From contig JAMDHS010000024.1 in the NCBI GenBank assembly GCA_029717555.1, positions 124,001-188,000 on the forward strand: a stretch of DNA of 64,000 bases. Direction: 5' to 3'. Shown here in pieces: positions 1-12,831 of this stretch. Position numbers and translations under genes: made by a program. The notes beneath the pieces are model-generated. The model did no database searches. It saw only the letters and a program-made list of their open reading frames with translations, and was not told the origin of the DNA. Source of the stretch: Peribolospora baueri (Eukaryota). Position 1 is the first letter of the stretch; every line of letters begins with the position of its first letter.

Positions 1-3000
1 TACGCGCTCTTGTCCCAGCCTCCGGAGCAGATGAACCGCGCGTCCGGAGAGAAGGAGAGTGAGAAGACGGTATCGGTATGAGCGGTGATGACATGCAGAC
101 AAGTGCCTTCGTCCACGTTCCATATTCGAGCGGTCGAATCGTGCGATGTCCTGGAAGAAGATCAAGAGAGGCGAGGGTGAGCACACGAGACAGTCCTCAC
201 CAAACGCGTTTGACGAAGACGGCCTCCGCACTGGAAAGATGAGACCGGCCGGTTACTCACGTCGCCAAGATGCGCGGGCCGCTCGGGTTGGCACTACCCG
301 GCCCGCTAGGCGCCCAGTAACATCGCTGGATGGGGCCCTGATGTCCGGTGAGGGTGCGCTTGCAGAACCTGCCCCTGCCCTCGAGCTCTGCCATGCCGTC
401 CTCTTCTTCATCCTCGCTCCCCACACCTGCACCTTCCGGACCAGCGCTCGCGCGAAGCTTGCCCAGTTCTCGTCTTCGTACGCCCTTCTCACCGCTCCCG
501 CCCGCCAAGCCGAGCGAGTCGATGTTCCAAATCTTGATCGTGGCGTCGTCGCTCACGCTCGCGAGCAGCGTGCGCGTCAGATCAAAGCGGATAGCGTTCA
601 CCTCATCCGTATGGCCCTTGAAAGTCCGCACTGGCATCTTGGAACCGACCCGGCAGAGGTGAACCACGTGATCCTCCGAGCATGTCGCGAAGATTTGGTC
701 CTCGTCCGAGATAGACGATTGAGGGGGGTTGCCGTCCACGCTGACTAGCCAGTCGACGTCGAGCACGGGACCTTTGTGAATGTTGAACTGGTTCTTCAAC
801 CTACCGTCGCTCGCGTCCCATACAATGGCCGCAGAGTCCCCAGAGCAGGAAAGGAGCATATTGCCTTGGCGGTTCCACCGCAAACCGTTTATCGTTCCCT
901 GGTGCATCGACAGGACGTAGACAAGATCGCCCTCGGGTGTCCATATTCGGACGATACCGTCGTAGGACCCTGTGGCAAGAAGGCTGCCGGCAGGCTGTCA
1001 AATGAGCACAACAATGGAACGGTTAATCAGGAAAACTTTAGGTCGGTACTGAAACACGAGCTGCCTCCATGTGAGAACGCCACTCACGTTCCAATCCAAC
1101 GCGGTGACCTCCTTGCTCGACGCGGCAGGCATATGTCTTAGGACAGCTGGCTCATCCATGTCTTTTCGCTTATGTGCCGGTACGTTCCACACGCGCACCG
1201 TCGTATCGGCCGAACTGCAGAAGGGCGCGCATTATCAAGGAGGGAGGCGTAAACGTGAGCCGACGTCGTCGCGCCTCGCCTGGTCAGGGAAGAAGAAGAC
1301 TTACCCCGTCGCCAACATCCCTGGCACAGTCGAATTCCAAGCGCCGATTAATACACTGCCCGTATGTCCTGTCAGCCAGACGGCATCGTCCTTGGAGATC
1401 TGCGGCGCTCCACACCCTCGAATTCCCTCGGCTTCATCTGCCGCCACCGCGTCGGGACCCGCCTTCTTAGGACGTTCTCCTCGAGTGAAGGTTGAGCTGC
1501 TCAATGACGAGTTCGCCGCGCCGGACTGGGAAGAAGGTGCAGAGCCAGATGGCTGTTTCTTGTGGTGGGAAGCGGGTTTCTTGCTTCTCGACGAAGGCAA
1601 AGACGTAAGGGGGGACGCGCGCTGTTTGCCAGACTTGGTCTTTCCTGTCACACCCGCCAAGCCTGCCTCCTCCTCGTCCTCGCCTACAGAACCTTGGTCA
1701 TCGTCGCCAGCGGTGGACTCTTCCTTTGCTTGGTCCGCGTTGACCTTTTTGCCCTTGTCGTCCCGACTCTTTCTGCTTGCGGCTTCTCGATCACGATCTC
1801 GTTCCTTCTCCCGCGCTTTCGCACTTTTGCCCATGTGAGCCTCAGTCGAAAATGGCTGTCCCGAGTGGTCTGCCTTGCCAACCTTAGCGACAGCTCTGGA
1901 GGCAGATGCGTCGTCATCCAAGCCGTCCTCGGTCGGTGCGGTCGATGGCACCGAATCCCGATCCCGTTCTCGGGGTGTTTGTCGACGACGCCGTTTGTCT
2001 TCTCGGGAAGGAACATCCCCTTTGCGTTTCGTCAACAGTTTGGAGGGTCCCGCTGATGGGCCGGCATCCCCCATTTCGACGTCTCCGTCTCCGTCCCCGT
2101 TATCGGCGGACGTTCGACGAACGCCTTCAACGACGCTGTTGACCTCTTCCCCAGACGGTCTTCGGCTATTCGATCGGCTTCCAGAGGCGGAAGCGGAGGT
2201 GGTCCCGTTTGCAGCCGACCGGCCAGGCGGATGCATGGACCCGTTTTGCCGAGGGCGACGGGGCGGCGATGGCGTCAGTCGCCTCGGTGGCGGCGGCGTA
2301 GGCGGACGTGGATTGTCGTCGCAGACATGGGGCGGGCCCACCAGTCGGAAAGGTGCTGTACACGGCTTCTCCGTGCCATCCTGGAGTCCGAGTGGAGCAT
2401 TGTGCAAGCAATCAGTCGCCGTTTCAAAAAATGCGCGGTTAAGACCATGGAGGGTTGGTATCATGAGGGCATAGACTAGTGCCTTCTCATGAAGCAAAGG
2501 CCTAGGGAGAATGCAACCAGCGTTCTGCCGGGTTTGCTTTCCATCCCCGAACCTGCATGGGAGAAGAGCGCAGCATACATCGACGGAGGTAATACAGAAA
2601 AATGCTCACCTCTCGAACGTGTGCTTCGACAGCCATGTAGAGGCATCCTTTCTGTAGCACCTTGACGAGAAAGCCTGGCTCGATACCCGCTTCCCGACTG
2701 AGAGGGTCGTCGTCGAGCCTACTCTCATGTCGGAGAGCGAAGCAGGAGTGATTAAATCCTGGGTGAAGAGGGAGTGGACGAGACGGGGACGCAACCACCG
2801 TAATACGTAAGAAGGGGCAATGTTGTGACGGAGATAGCGAGCAAACGGAAGACGAGGGCAAGGGGTCGACGCGACAGTGATGCGAGATAAAACATTTTCT
2901 CTCTCTCAGCGTCGACTGGCGCGCCCGTCACAACGACATCCACCTCGACGGGGACGGGAAGAAACGAAGGAGGGCTTGGGATGGGCAGAAGCGGACCGGA

Positions 3001-3073
3001 CGGACTCACCGGACTCCTTGAGATAGTGATAAACGAGGATGTTGACCTCTGACGACGTGCAAATGGGTGGCAT
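1..3073 (-). CDS. SIF2: LisH + WD40 protein, TBL1/SIF2 family (Set3C/HDAC corepressor subunit); multi-exon, 3' end runs off the window
   Basis: Exon 1 (3073-3010) MPPICTSSEVNILVYHYLKES, then a GTGAGT donor. The next exon GFNHSCFALRHESRL...LQKGCLY completes a LisH motif. WD40 repeats follow (FKGHTDEVNAIRFD...SVSDDATIKIWN; HQGTINGLRWN). Confidence 0.88.
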
Positions 3074-3349
3074 GCTCCGCCGAGACGAGGTGGCCGGTTG
3101 GAGCTAGAGGACGGCCTGTAGGTGTCGAGGAGACGCAAGTGGCAGTAGAAGTACGAAGATGGGGGCGGTGTGCGTCGATGGGGGATCAATGGGAGTGGTT
3201 TGACGAAAAGAGTCCTTCATCCAATCCAATCAATCCGATTCAATCCAGCCTCGAGACGCCGTTGTCGCCGGTCAGAACGGGGTGTGAAATGCAGGGAAGC
3301 CGAGAGGGGGACTAGGGTGCTTGCGGGGGTGTGGAGGAGAGAAGGATGG

Positions 3350-3420
3350 TGTTGGATGGAGATGGTGGTTGTGGTGGTGATGGTCGTGGTGGTCGTGGTG
3401 ATGGTGGTCGTGGTGGATGA
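3350..3420. repeat. Imperfect (GTG/GTC/ATG)n trinucleotide microsatellite in a divergent intergenic region
   Basis: gatggtggttgtggtggtgatggtcgtggtggtcgtggtgatggtggtcgtggtggatga read directly. Confidence 0.8.
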
Positions 3421-3909
3421 GGCGAGGATTTCGATCTGGCTGAGGGGCGATTCGAAAAGGACTCGGACGCGACTCCGGCGGCGAAAAGAGGGAAGAAAAA
3501 GAGACTCGCTCGGCTGGCGCGTCATCGGCATCCACGCCTTCCATCCCGTCCACCATCTCGCTTTCCACTCCTCCTCCCTTCTTATTCTCCCTGGTTCAGA
3601 CGCTCTCACCGCGCCGGCCAGCGCTCATCCGGGCAACCAGATACACTCCGGATCGACCCCCGCGGCACCGTCTGCTGCGCTCGCAGGGACGCACCAAGCC
3701 AGCTGCGTGCGTGCGGCCGCTGCCAACCGGCCTCTTCGTCTGCCTCGTTTGCTGTAGCCGCTTTCTCGCCGCCGTCCTTGATTGCACCGAATACATCTAA
3801 CGAACGACCTCGACACGATTCTCACTGTTTACGACCCGTGCCCCACGGCGCAGCATAGAACGCACCGCTTTGGTCAACCGCACGTACAGACCACCTTTAC
3901 GCTAGCACC

Positions 3910-5631
3910 ATGGCCGTCCTCTCTGCCTCCCTGCCCCGACCTTCCAACTTTCCCCCAGCGACTCGCTACCTCACCCTCGCCCTTCTCGTCTGCTCCGTCG
4001 TACTCGCCCTCCTGCGTACCTTCCGCTCCTCTCCCTCGTCCGATCCCACTTCCACCGCCGCCTCCAATGTCGTCCTTCGCGACTCGTCGCTAGACTACCC
4101 TTTCTTCCTCGTAATCCCAGGCAGTAGCATCTGGTTCCCTTGGAGCTTTGCTACTGCGCCCTTCTTCGAGACCAGCTTCATTGAGGTGAGTCTGGGTCTT
4201 CGCATCTTCGCGTCTTCTGTTTTCCTTCGTCGTCTCCTCGTCTCCTCGTCGTGTCGCTTGTGCCTGACTCACCCGTTTCACATCGTTCGCTCCTCGCCGC
4301 ATATCCCTCGCGTCGTTTCCGCGTTGCACACAAAGTTCCTTGTCTCCGCTTTCACCCTTCCGCCAGCGGCACGGTACCTCGAACGAGTATGGGGCCCGTC
4401 GGAGCTTCTTAAATTTACCGCTGTCGTCGCCGTGGGTAGCAACATAGTGGCGTTCGTGGTCAGCATCATCGAGTACGCCGTCTTGAGCCAGGTCGTCGGC
4501 GCTACCGCTCCGGCGGAGAAGGTGCTCTTCGGGACGCAGTACCACGGTCTGCAAGGTTTGCAGGCTGGATTTCTCGTGGCTTTCACTCAGCTTGTCCCGG
4601 AGCATCAAGTCCAGCTCTTTTTTGGAAAGATTAAGCTTCGAGTGAAAGTAAGCGCCCTTACGTCCTCCGCTCTCGTCCGTCCGGCTTCTCGGTACCGGAC
4701 ACTAACCGCTCCCGTCTCCCCTTTCCACCATTTCGTTTCTTCCTTCCTTCGTCCACTTCTCCAGCAATTGCCCATGCTCTATGTCACCGTTTCTAACGTG
4801 ATGTGCATCCTCGGCTATCAGTCTCCATGGTTCCTCATTCAGGTGAGCTTCTGACGCTGGATCTCTCAAGGAGAAACTTCGAACTGTATGTCGGTCACGG
4901 ACTGTCGGCTTTTTATAACTCAACACCTTGACTGTTTTTCTACCCACCGTTTCGCCGCTTCACCGCTCCTCTGATCACAGTTCGGCTGGCTTATCTCCTG
5001 GTTCTACCTGCGTTTTATCAAAGAGTCCGATGGCGTGCGAGGCGACCGTTCAGAGACGTTCGCCTTCGCCAACTGGTTCCCGCCCTTCCTCCAGCCCATT
5101 ATCTCTCACGTCTCCAACCTTGTCTTTGACGCCTGCGTGCGCGTCGGTCTCGTTCGTCCTTGGTCTTACGGTCCTGCTGACCTCGAGTTCGGCGCCGGGC
5201 CCGGTTTCCATCTCAATCCCGCTAATGCCGGCGGGGGTAGCGGAAGCCCGGTTCCGACTGGAGGAGGGGGAGGCACGGGCGGACAGGGTGGTGCCAGAGC
5301 GGAGGCGGAGAGGCGGAGAGCGCTGGCGCTTAAGGCGCTCGATCAACGGCTCGCCAAGGGTCAACAGCAGCAGCAACAACAACAACTGCAGAACGGCCCG
5401 TCATCATCTTCTCCATCTTCTGTATCTGCCACCACCTCCGGCTCCGGTACCAGAGGGGCGGCCGTCGCAGATGGAGAGGAACTGTCGCCGTCCACTGAGG
5501 CGGCAGGACACGGTGCGTCAAAGGAGGGGGAGGTAGGGGCGACAGCACGCGGACAGGAAGGAGAGGTGCTGTTCGAAGCACCGGAAGAAGAGGAGGAGAC
5601 GAAGGAGGATGAGAAACTGTTGAAGGGATGA
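3910..5631 (+). CDS. TMEM115: DUF1751/TMEM115-like rhomboid-superfamily integral membrane protein; spliced
   Basis: Contains FPWSFATAPFFE, RYLERVWGPSELLKF, FLVAFTQLVPEH, RGDRSETFAFANWFPP and AERRRALALKALDQRL. GT-AG introns present; poly-Q in the tail. Confidence 0.85.
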
Positions 5632-7574
5632 GGCGTGAGGAGTCTCGTTGGTGAGAGGGAGGGAGGAGTCGTTTTGCTGGTTCGGAAGCGGGAGGATAGC
5701 GGGCAGTCGGTCGATGTCCCAACGATTGGAATCGGCAGGTGGAGGTTTTCGTTTTGCCCGGTTTACCTTGTGGTCGCCGTCGCTCGTCGTCTGAAGCGGA
5801 GATGCGAAAGCAGTTGTTATGTTCAAGACGGACGTCGGTTCACAACGCGCTGCTCTCTCGTCTTTGCGCCTTTCCTGCGAGCGCTATTCTTACCATCGTA
5901 TCGCAAGCTGCCTTATTCCCCGTCTTTGTTGCAGCCCACTTAATAATGCAACTTTGTTGCAGTCGCGCCGACGGCCATAAAGTGATGGAACTGTTGGTGC
6001 CAGCGGCTCAGTTTTCTCACTGAGACGACGCACGCCAATAATAGGGGAGGAAACAGATTTCATTCGAGCCAGCATAGGAATGTTTGATGGTGGTGTGTTT
6101 TGACGGAGAAGAATAATGACTTGGGGCTGTGGCATGGCTGCGGCGAAACAGGACCGGCGAGACTACCGCGCCAGAAGCTCACTCTACATACATGACACAC
6201 GAGCAGACATGACAGAAAGCGTTACAGCCGGAGACAAGGAAAACGTTCGTCCGTCAGTTGGCTTACAAAAAACCAGGAAACAGAGGGGGGGGATTCAGAG
6301 GGGATTCAGAGTCGGGTACGCACTGGAGCGAGCGCGCATCTTTCTGCGCTTACGACGAAGGCGGCGCATGCGCTTCTTTCTCCACTTGTCCCTCATCGTG
6401 TCTGCGTCTGTAAAGGAAGGAGTGGAGCAAATACGAGAAAAGATGGTGACGACAAGACATCAAGGGCAGAGGAAAAGGGATCGATCGAGTCAGTCGTGTG
6501 AGCTCTGCCTCTCACTCGCCAGAACGAATCGAGCGCGACCTTAGGTCCGCCTCGACCTCCTGAAGCAGCGCTCCCATGCAGACAACGCCGTTGACAACGA
6601 TTCGCCTTGAACGGGAACGAGAGACGATCCACTCACGCAATTGAGGATAGACGAGACGAGGTACGGTGCAAGGACAGAAAGCGTCGTTCGAGTCCTCCCG
6701 CTTTTCGTCTCGTCTTAGACAACTGTCTGCCGCAGCGCGCTCGAGGCCTCGGCCACGGCTCGGCACGCGAGAAGTAACCCTAGTTCCGTGCAGCCGGGCG
6801 TCCGCTCAGTGCCGCGTCGCGCCGTCTGACATCACCACCGTCCCGTCCAACGCGCTCTGTCACTTCCCGCCCTCCCATCATCATGTCGACCCTCCATGAA
6901 CAAGGAATCCCTAACGGCCGGCTCTGCCGTCCTCTTCGAGCACCTTCCTCCGCAGATTCGCTCACCCTCATTTTTAATTTGCTAGCAATCAGCTAGACAT
7001 CTCGGCAGAGACCCACGGCTACCACGGCTGTGAGCCTCAGGCACAATGCCGAGGCGTCTTGAAGGACGTTGATCTAAGCTCTATTTCTTTCTACAGCATG
7101 GACGAGCCTGCGACATCTCTAGTCTGTGCCCTTCTGTGCTGATGGCTTCAGTACTGGGGTCTCTCGCTCGACTCTCCCAAGATGTGCCAAGGACGGCGGT
7201 TTGTATGCCGGAGTGGGAGATTTGTATGCCGAGAGCGCATCGCTGTGGGGTCGCTCGGCCCACTCGGATCTTGGCCTTTGCGGGAGATGTTGGTTGAGTG
7301 CCAACGCATTTTTACACCGCCCATTCCTCTTGAGCGATCTGGCAGGCATTCTTATAAAGGCTCTCTTCTCAGGACATCGCTCATGTTCACCACTTTTTTC
7401 CGCAAACCCCTCCCTTCCGCACTATCACACGGTCCGGTACCGTTTTCATCCTCTCGAATCTCCTGCTTTCCTTCGTTTCGAAGCTGTGCTTCTTTCCCGA
7501 GCTGTGCTCGATAGCCCTTTTCTCGCAACCCTCGCATCGCTTCACAGGCCTCGACGGTCCCCAGCTCTACCAAG

Positions 7575-9635
7575 ATGCAGTTCACTCCTTCCTTCGCCGT
7601 TCTTCTGTCTGCAGTCCTCATTTCCCTCACCATCGACTCGACCGGTCCGCTTCCGGTGTCTGCCGTGCCTATCAATCAGGGATACGGAGCTGTCGGCGTT
7701 CATGGTGATGGGCTTGGAAGCCCTATCGTGCGCGAAAGGGGGCTGGGTAACGCGCAGTTCGCCCCTTCTCGCTCCGACCTTGATCGTCGCCGCGTCGGTG
7801 GACGTCGGTTGGGAAGGCCTCACGTCCGTCGCGCCGTCGATGGGGAGGTCATCCACCCGTTCATCGGCACGACTATGAGGGACGGAGCCAGCAGGAATGA
7901 AACTGATCTCTCCGGCCCTTCTGTCGTGAAGGACGTCATCTCTCCGGACAACAGTACCTCTCTCGGCAACAGCACCACTCTCGGCAACAGCACCTCCGCC
8001 GACGGTCTGGGAGCCAACGTGCGCATCATCACGGATGCCGTCCACACCAGCACGCGCATGATGACGGTCACTAGGACGTCAGTTACGACGGTAACGGCTT
8101 CTGCCACCGCTTCGACGACCAGCCGTTCGTCGCCCGAAGGGATCGTGCGCCTCGCAACTGGGCATGGCGCTGCTATCCAGATCGACGAGAGCCCGATGTC
8201 CAAACTGCACGGAGCGTACGGCAAGCGCGACCTCGTTAACCCCAGCGCTCTGTTCATCGATAATCAGGGCCCTGATGCGCCCCAGTCTAGCGCTGCTAAT
8301 CTTCTTGCCGCGTCCGCCCCTTCTGCTGTCCCGAGCGGCACCACGGACTGGGCGGCCACGCCCACGGCTACGAACAGTCTCACCAACGGTCAGGTGTACA
8401 GCATGGGCATTCCAGACGCTCCCGCCGGTTTCAGTTCCTCGCTAGCAGCAGCAGCAGCTGGCGGTGCTGCCCCCACTTCCCAAGTTGCTCAGCTTGCGGC
8501 CAGCACGTCAGCCCCGGCCTCCGCCGCCGGACCCACCCCGACTTTGGCGGGCGCACCCAACGGTTACGAACAGTGGGCAGCCGCTGAAGGCGTGCCTCAG
8601 CAAATCGACCAGTTCGCCAGTCTTTATGCCACGGCACCGGCCTCTGCTTCCGCCCCGGCGCCTACCGCACCAGCCCGTCGTCAGCACGAGGAGCGGGACA
8701 GTCTTTCAGACGTAATTGGTGCCATTCAGGACCAGATGCGCGCCTTGCAGCAGGTGGCCGCGGAGGGCCACATCATTCCTTACAACGCCACCATCCCGGA
8801 CCGGCCCACGAACGGGACTCAACGTGCCTCTGTAAACGGTGCAGACTCGAACGCGCCTACCTTCGTCGTCACGCTCACGCTGGTTCCCAACACGCGCATG
8901 TCTCTGCCTACCGGCAGCGTCAATTCGTCGGCGGTGGTGGGCGTCTCCCATCACCGCAACAGCACTGGGCCCGTTCGCCCCGCCATGGCCACGTCGACCC
9001 TGCACGTTACCGGCACTGAAGTGGTGACCATGACCAAGACGCACGTCGTGACGAACACTGCCACCATCCCCTCTTCGGCCTCTTCTTCCGCTGGCAACAG
9101 GACGCGAGTCAGCCCATCGTCGCTTTTGCACCCCACGCAGAGCGTTGTGGCGCAGAACAGCTCTTCTTCTGCGGCCTCGCCCTCGGCTTCTGAAGCCGCG
9201 TCCATGCGCAGCAGCAGTGCCAGCGAAGCTCGCTTCGCCGGCCCGACCTCTTCTGCGTCCGTGTCGACCGTCCACCAGTCGAACGCAGCCAGCGCCAGCG
9301 CCAGCGCTTCCCCGTCGCCTTCCAGGGATGCTCTGAGCTCATCCTCTGTTCCTTTGGCGTCCGCCTCTGCCTCGGCCAACCCCGATAATGCCAAAGCCAG
9401 CAACAACCGCGATGTGAGCTCCGCGAGCGCGACAAGCTCTGCTACGAGCGTGGCCTCTCACTCTCTCGTCGCCACTTCCAACGTCGCGCCCTCCCAGTCT
9501 GGTGCCGCCGGGCTGCCTTCCCCCTCCTCGGCATCCTCGCAGCCTAGCATTGCTGCGGTTCCCCCAGTCTCTCGATTCTTCCGTCGATCCTCGCCGGCGG
9601 CCAGGATGCATGTAGCGCAGGCAGAGAGGCTGTGA
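7575..9635 (+). CDS. Putative secreted Ser/Thr/Ala-rich (mucin-like) protein, 686 aa, single exon
   Basis: Long ORF with an N-terminal hydrophobic signal-like segment (MQFTPSFAVLLSAVLISLTI...VSA/VP), dibasic KR/RR sites, many NxS/T sequons and an S/T/A-rich body. Confidence 0.8.
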   Translation: MQFTPSFAVLLSAVLISLTIDSTGPLPVSAVPINQGYGAVGVHGDGLGSPIVRERGLGNAQFAPSRSDLDRRRVGGRRLGRPHVRRAVDGEVIHPFIGTTMRDGASRNETDLSGPSVVKDVISPDNSTSLGNSTTLGNSTSADGLGANVRIITDAVHTSTRMMTVTRTSVTTVTASATASTTSRSSPEGIVRLATGHGAAIQIDESPMSKLHGAYGKRDLVNPSALFIDNQGPDAPQSSAANLLAASAPSAVPSGTTDWAATPTATNSLTNGQVYSMGIPDAPAGFSSSLAAAAAGGAAPTSQVAQLAASTSAPASAAGPTPTLAGAPNGYEQWAAAEGVPQQIDQFASLYATAPASASAPAPTAPARRQHEERDSLSDVIGAIQDQMRALQQVAAEGHIIPYNATIPDRPTNGTQRASVNGADSNAPTFVVTLTLVPNTRMSLPTGSVNSSAVVGVSHHRNSTGPVRPAMATSTLHVTGTEVVTMTKTHVVTNTATIPSSASSSAGNRTRVSPSSLLHPTQSVVAQNSSSSAASPSASEAASMRSSSASEARFAGPTSSASVSTVHQSNAASASASASPSPSRDALSSSSVPLASASASANPDNAKASNNRDVSSASATSSATSVASHSLVATSNVAPSQSGAAGLPSPSSASSQPSIAAVPPVSRFFRRSSPAARMHVAQAERL

Positions 9636-9833
9636 TTCTGATTGCTTCGGTGGAGTCGTACGTCACGCTCATTTGAATTTTCCGGGTATTTTGGGTAAGG
9701 GCTGTAACTTAATTGGTCTTGAGCGAGGTAGTTTTCAACGCAATTGGGTATATATCAGACTGATTGCGGGACAAGTATATTTCATGGACGCCGGCTGGCT
9801 AAAAGTTCTGGCTTGTCCGGGGACCAATGCCGA

Positions 9834-11750
9834 TCATGAAGACCCAGAGGCCTCCGCCCTCCGCAGCGGCCTGTCCAGCACTTGATACGGTCGCTGCATA
9901 CCCAAGCGCTTGACGACGTGTGGGGGCATGCAATACACGGGATCCACCGGTTCGAGATTCGGGTAGCCAAGGAGAGAGAGGCCTGTGCATGAGTTGACAA
10001 TCACGAGGGAAGAAATGAGCCGCCCATCACAACATATACACAAACGCTACAGTTCAAGAAAGAAACGAGGAACGTTTGGGCATGCCTACCTGCAACGCCA
10101 AAGAGGGTGTGGAAGACGTCGGCGACATTGTCGGGTCGATCGGCTATGCCTCCTCCTTCCGGATCCTATGAAGTATGTATATGGTCAATAAATGTGTTAA
10201 GCGAACCTCGTTTGGCCTCCACCTGCAGCGACGATGACAACGAATCGGACAAAGCTGGACACACTCACTTGTGCAGCGAGAATAAACTTGGACAGTTTTT
10301 CGCTCTCAATCCAATGCAGCCTGCCGACCATGCTCAGGCTGGAGAGCACCCACCAACTGTAACAGACCTGATTTCATCATCATGTCGCCGTTATACCATG
10401 ATACCCGCGCGTGGTTCGCGAAGAAGCGAGGAGAAGAAAAAGAAAAGCAAAACACCTTTAAACCTTTTCGCCGCCAAGAGATAAAGGTGTGACATCGCAC
10501 TGGGATTTACTCACGTCCTCGAGCTTTTCTGGTCGGCCGTTCAAACCTCCACCGGAAAGCTGACGTTCCGAGAGCCACCAGCCAACGGTATCCACGTCCA
10601 CGCGGTCCAACGCGTCCAGAACAGTAAGGACTCCGACGCATGTAAAAACTTAGCCCAGCGAGATTCGTGTGATGCCGGAGTGTGACAGATTGGAATTGCA
10701 AGATAGAGTCAGATCTAGCGACCGCCTTGTCAAGTTTGCAAACGCGCGTAAAGACGTTGTTTGACCCAGCGAGGCTTCTACTACTCCACTCACCTTGTGC
10801 CGCATGACTCTCACTCCCCTCCCTAGCCCCGAATCCTCCATCGAAGTTGTGGCAACGCATGACAAACCCTAGGGTGAGTTCCCTATCCAGCGCATCCAGG
10901 CGGCCGAGGTGCATCAAAGCGGATACGGCGCAATAGGTGAAGCGTGTGTCGACTTCACCCCAGACATCTCCAACAAAATGGCCTGTTTCCTTATCTTGGA
11001 GACCAAGGAGATCTGAGTATGCATTGAAAGAAGAAGGGAAGGGGAGACGTGTGAAGCGAGACTCGTCAGTCACGGCCGGCTCTTCCACCCCGCTCGCATG
11101 CAAGGTCAACAGACCCAACTCACATGCGACGAGCTTGTCCTGACGCTCCTGCAAAATATCCTCAGCGTTGACCATACAAAGGACCTGAATAGCGCTGAGT
11201 GTGGTATGAACGTGAGGATCATGGCCTGGGTGGGCGCCATAACCCCCTAAGGAGATGATCAAGAAACGCGACGAGTCGTCCCGCGTCCAAGAAGTCGAGT
11301 CAGACAACACCATACACTTCAATTAAGTGCTCGCTGGGTTAGTGGAGAGCGAGCAGGATGACATGCAACGCACCAACACGGTCGTCCCAACAGCTCTCCA
11401 CGAAGTCAATCAACGCTTGCCTGTCCAAAGCATCTGGTTTGCCGAGGATGTGGAGAGCGCAAAGACCCCAATAGACGCCATTGACCCGAAGGTGCGTGGT
11501 CATGTGATAGGCGAGCGAGTCTTTATTCTGTTTGAACCGAAGGAGCGCGAGTACAAAATCGAAGCGGGGTCAGCTCTAAGCCGCGTTTGGCTCCACGACC
11601 TGGGTGGTCTCCCCGTGCTCTGCTCATGCGACCGGCGCATGCAAAGCTCAATTGACGCACTTTATCCAGTCCCTGTATGTACGCTATGTGCTTCTCCGTC
11701 AGGAGCGTATCTGGCACCGGTGGTAGGGGCAGAGTTGAAGTGGAGGCCAT
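9834..11750 (-). CDS. BET2: Rab geranylgeranyltransferase (GGTase-II) beta subunit; multi-exon
   Basis: Contains [65 protein letters not shown]...ESHA and C-terminal [20 protein letters not shown]. Confidence 0.93.
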
Positions 11751-12356
11751 TTTGACAGTGCTCTTCGGGTCTTCTGTTCGCGAAGCGTTGGCAGATCGAT
11801 CGATCGATCGACGACGAAGTTCACGCTCCCTCCCCTCTAACCCTCCTTCTGTAACAGAATAAGGTGTGCGAAAGGTGTTTCCTCCAAGAGGAGCGCCCGG
11901 CGACGGGGAGATGACTACCCTACAGGCGATTCCCACGTAGTCGGCCACGTGTCCAAGGTGATATGACTCGCGTTCACGTGCTCGACATTAGCGCGAGGGA
12001 GACCTTTGTTTTTCTATCATCGGAGCAGGGCGAAAAGGACCGTATACATACACGAGACCCCCCATGGAACAGAGTAAGGAACGGAGTAACTGAACAGAGT
12101 AAACGAGAGACAGGTATCGGGGGGGCGGGGGTGGAGCGAAGGACTTAAAAAGGCGGGAGCCGTCGGAGTTAGGCGGGGATTGCAACACATGAAGCAGTGA
12201 TCGGGTCACTCACGCCGTTATCATCTTTCATCTCCCTGCCTCTTCGCCTATTCTATTCGGTTCAGTTAAGTGAAATGAATGTGTACAAGTCAAAAAAATA
12301 TTGGGATCATAGAAAAGGGTGACACCATTCCATGTTGGACGAAGATGCCGCGCTTA

Positions 12357-12831
12357 CTATTCTGTTTCCAACTCCTGCAATGCCGCTCTCAGAGGTCCTG
12401 CTTTTTCCCAAAGCTCCCTAATCTCGTGAGGGTCCAGAGTCCTTGCAAGCTCCCTCATCTTCTCCCCCAACCACTTCAACTCTTTCGCCGCCTCTTGCAA
12501 CTCTGCCCTTTCCATCTCATCGTCTCTTCTTTCAACCTGATCCAATCCGGAGATATTGAGACGGTCGAGGTCGTTCACGATAGAGTTTGGCGCTCCAATG
12601 TTGTTGTCCCATGGAGGTGAGTTGTCTGATGCTGCCAAATAGTGCGGACAGGGTTAGCAGGACGGTGGAGATTGATGGCTTGGATCGCAATCCGTGAGCC
12701 CCTTCGCCCTTCATTATGCGAAAGAGTTGTTTTCGTGGTGCAATACTCCCGCATCTTCGTTTGCGTATGACCGTCGTGCTGACGGCCATCTCACCTTCGT
12801 TATTACCTTGTGAAGCTGCTGGGGGACCCAT
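12357..12831 (-). CDS. Small hypothetical helical protein (~105 aa), 2 exons; start uncertain
   Basis: Donor AAG|GTGAGA near 12794, branch CTGCTAAC and acceptor TTGGCAG near 12632 join in phase (MGPPAASQGNNE-A-SDNSPPWDNN...ELQEAAKELKWLGEKMRELAR). No family recognised. Confidence 0.4.

Noticed and set aside
3170..3757. Poly-Val/poly-His/poly-Thr ORFs
   Set aside because: They are translation artefacts of the trinucleotide microsatellite in a divergent intergenic region.
12715..12770. Histone H3-tail mimic APRKQL in a minus-strand ORF
   Set aside because: It falls inside the predicted intron, and a 6-residue match can be chance.
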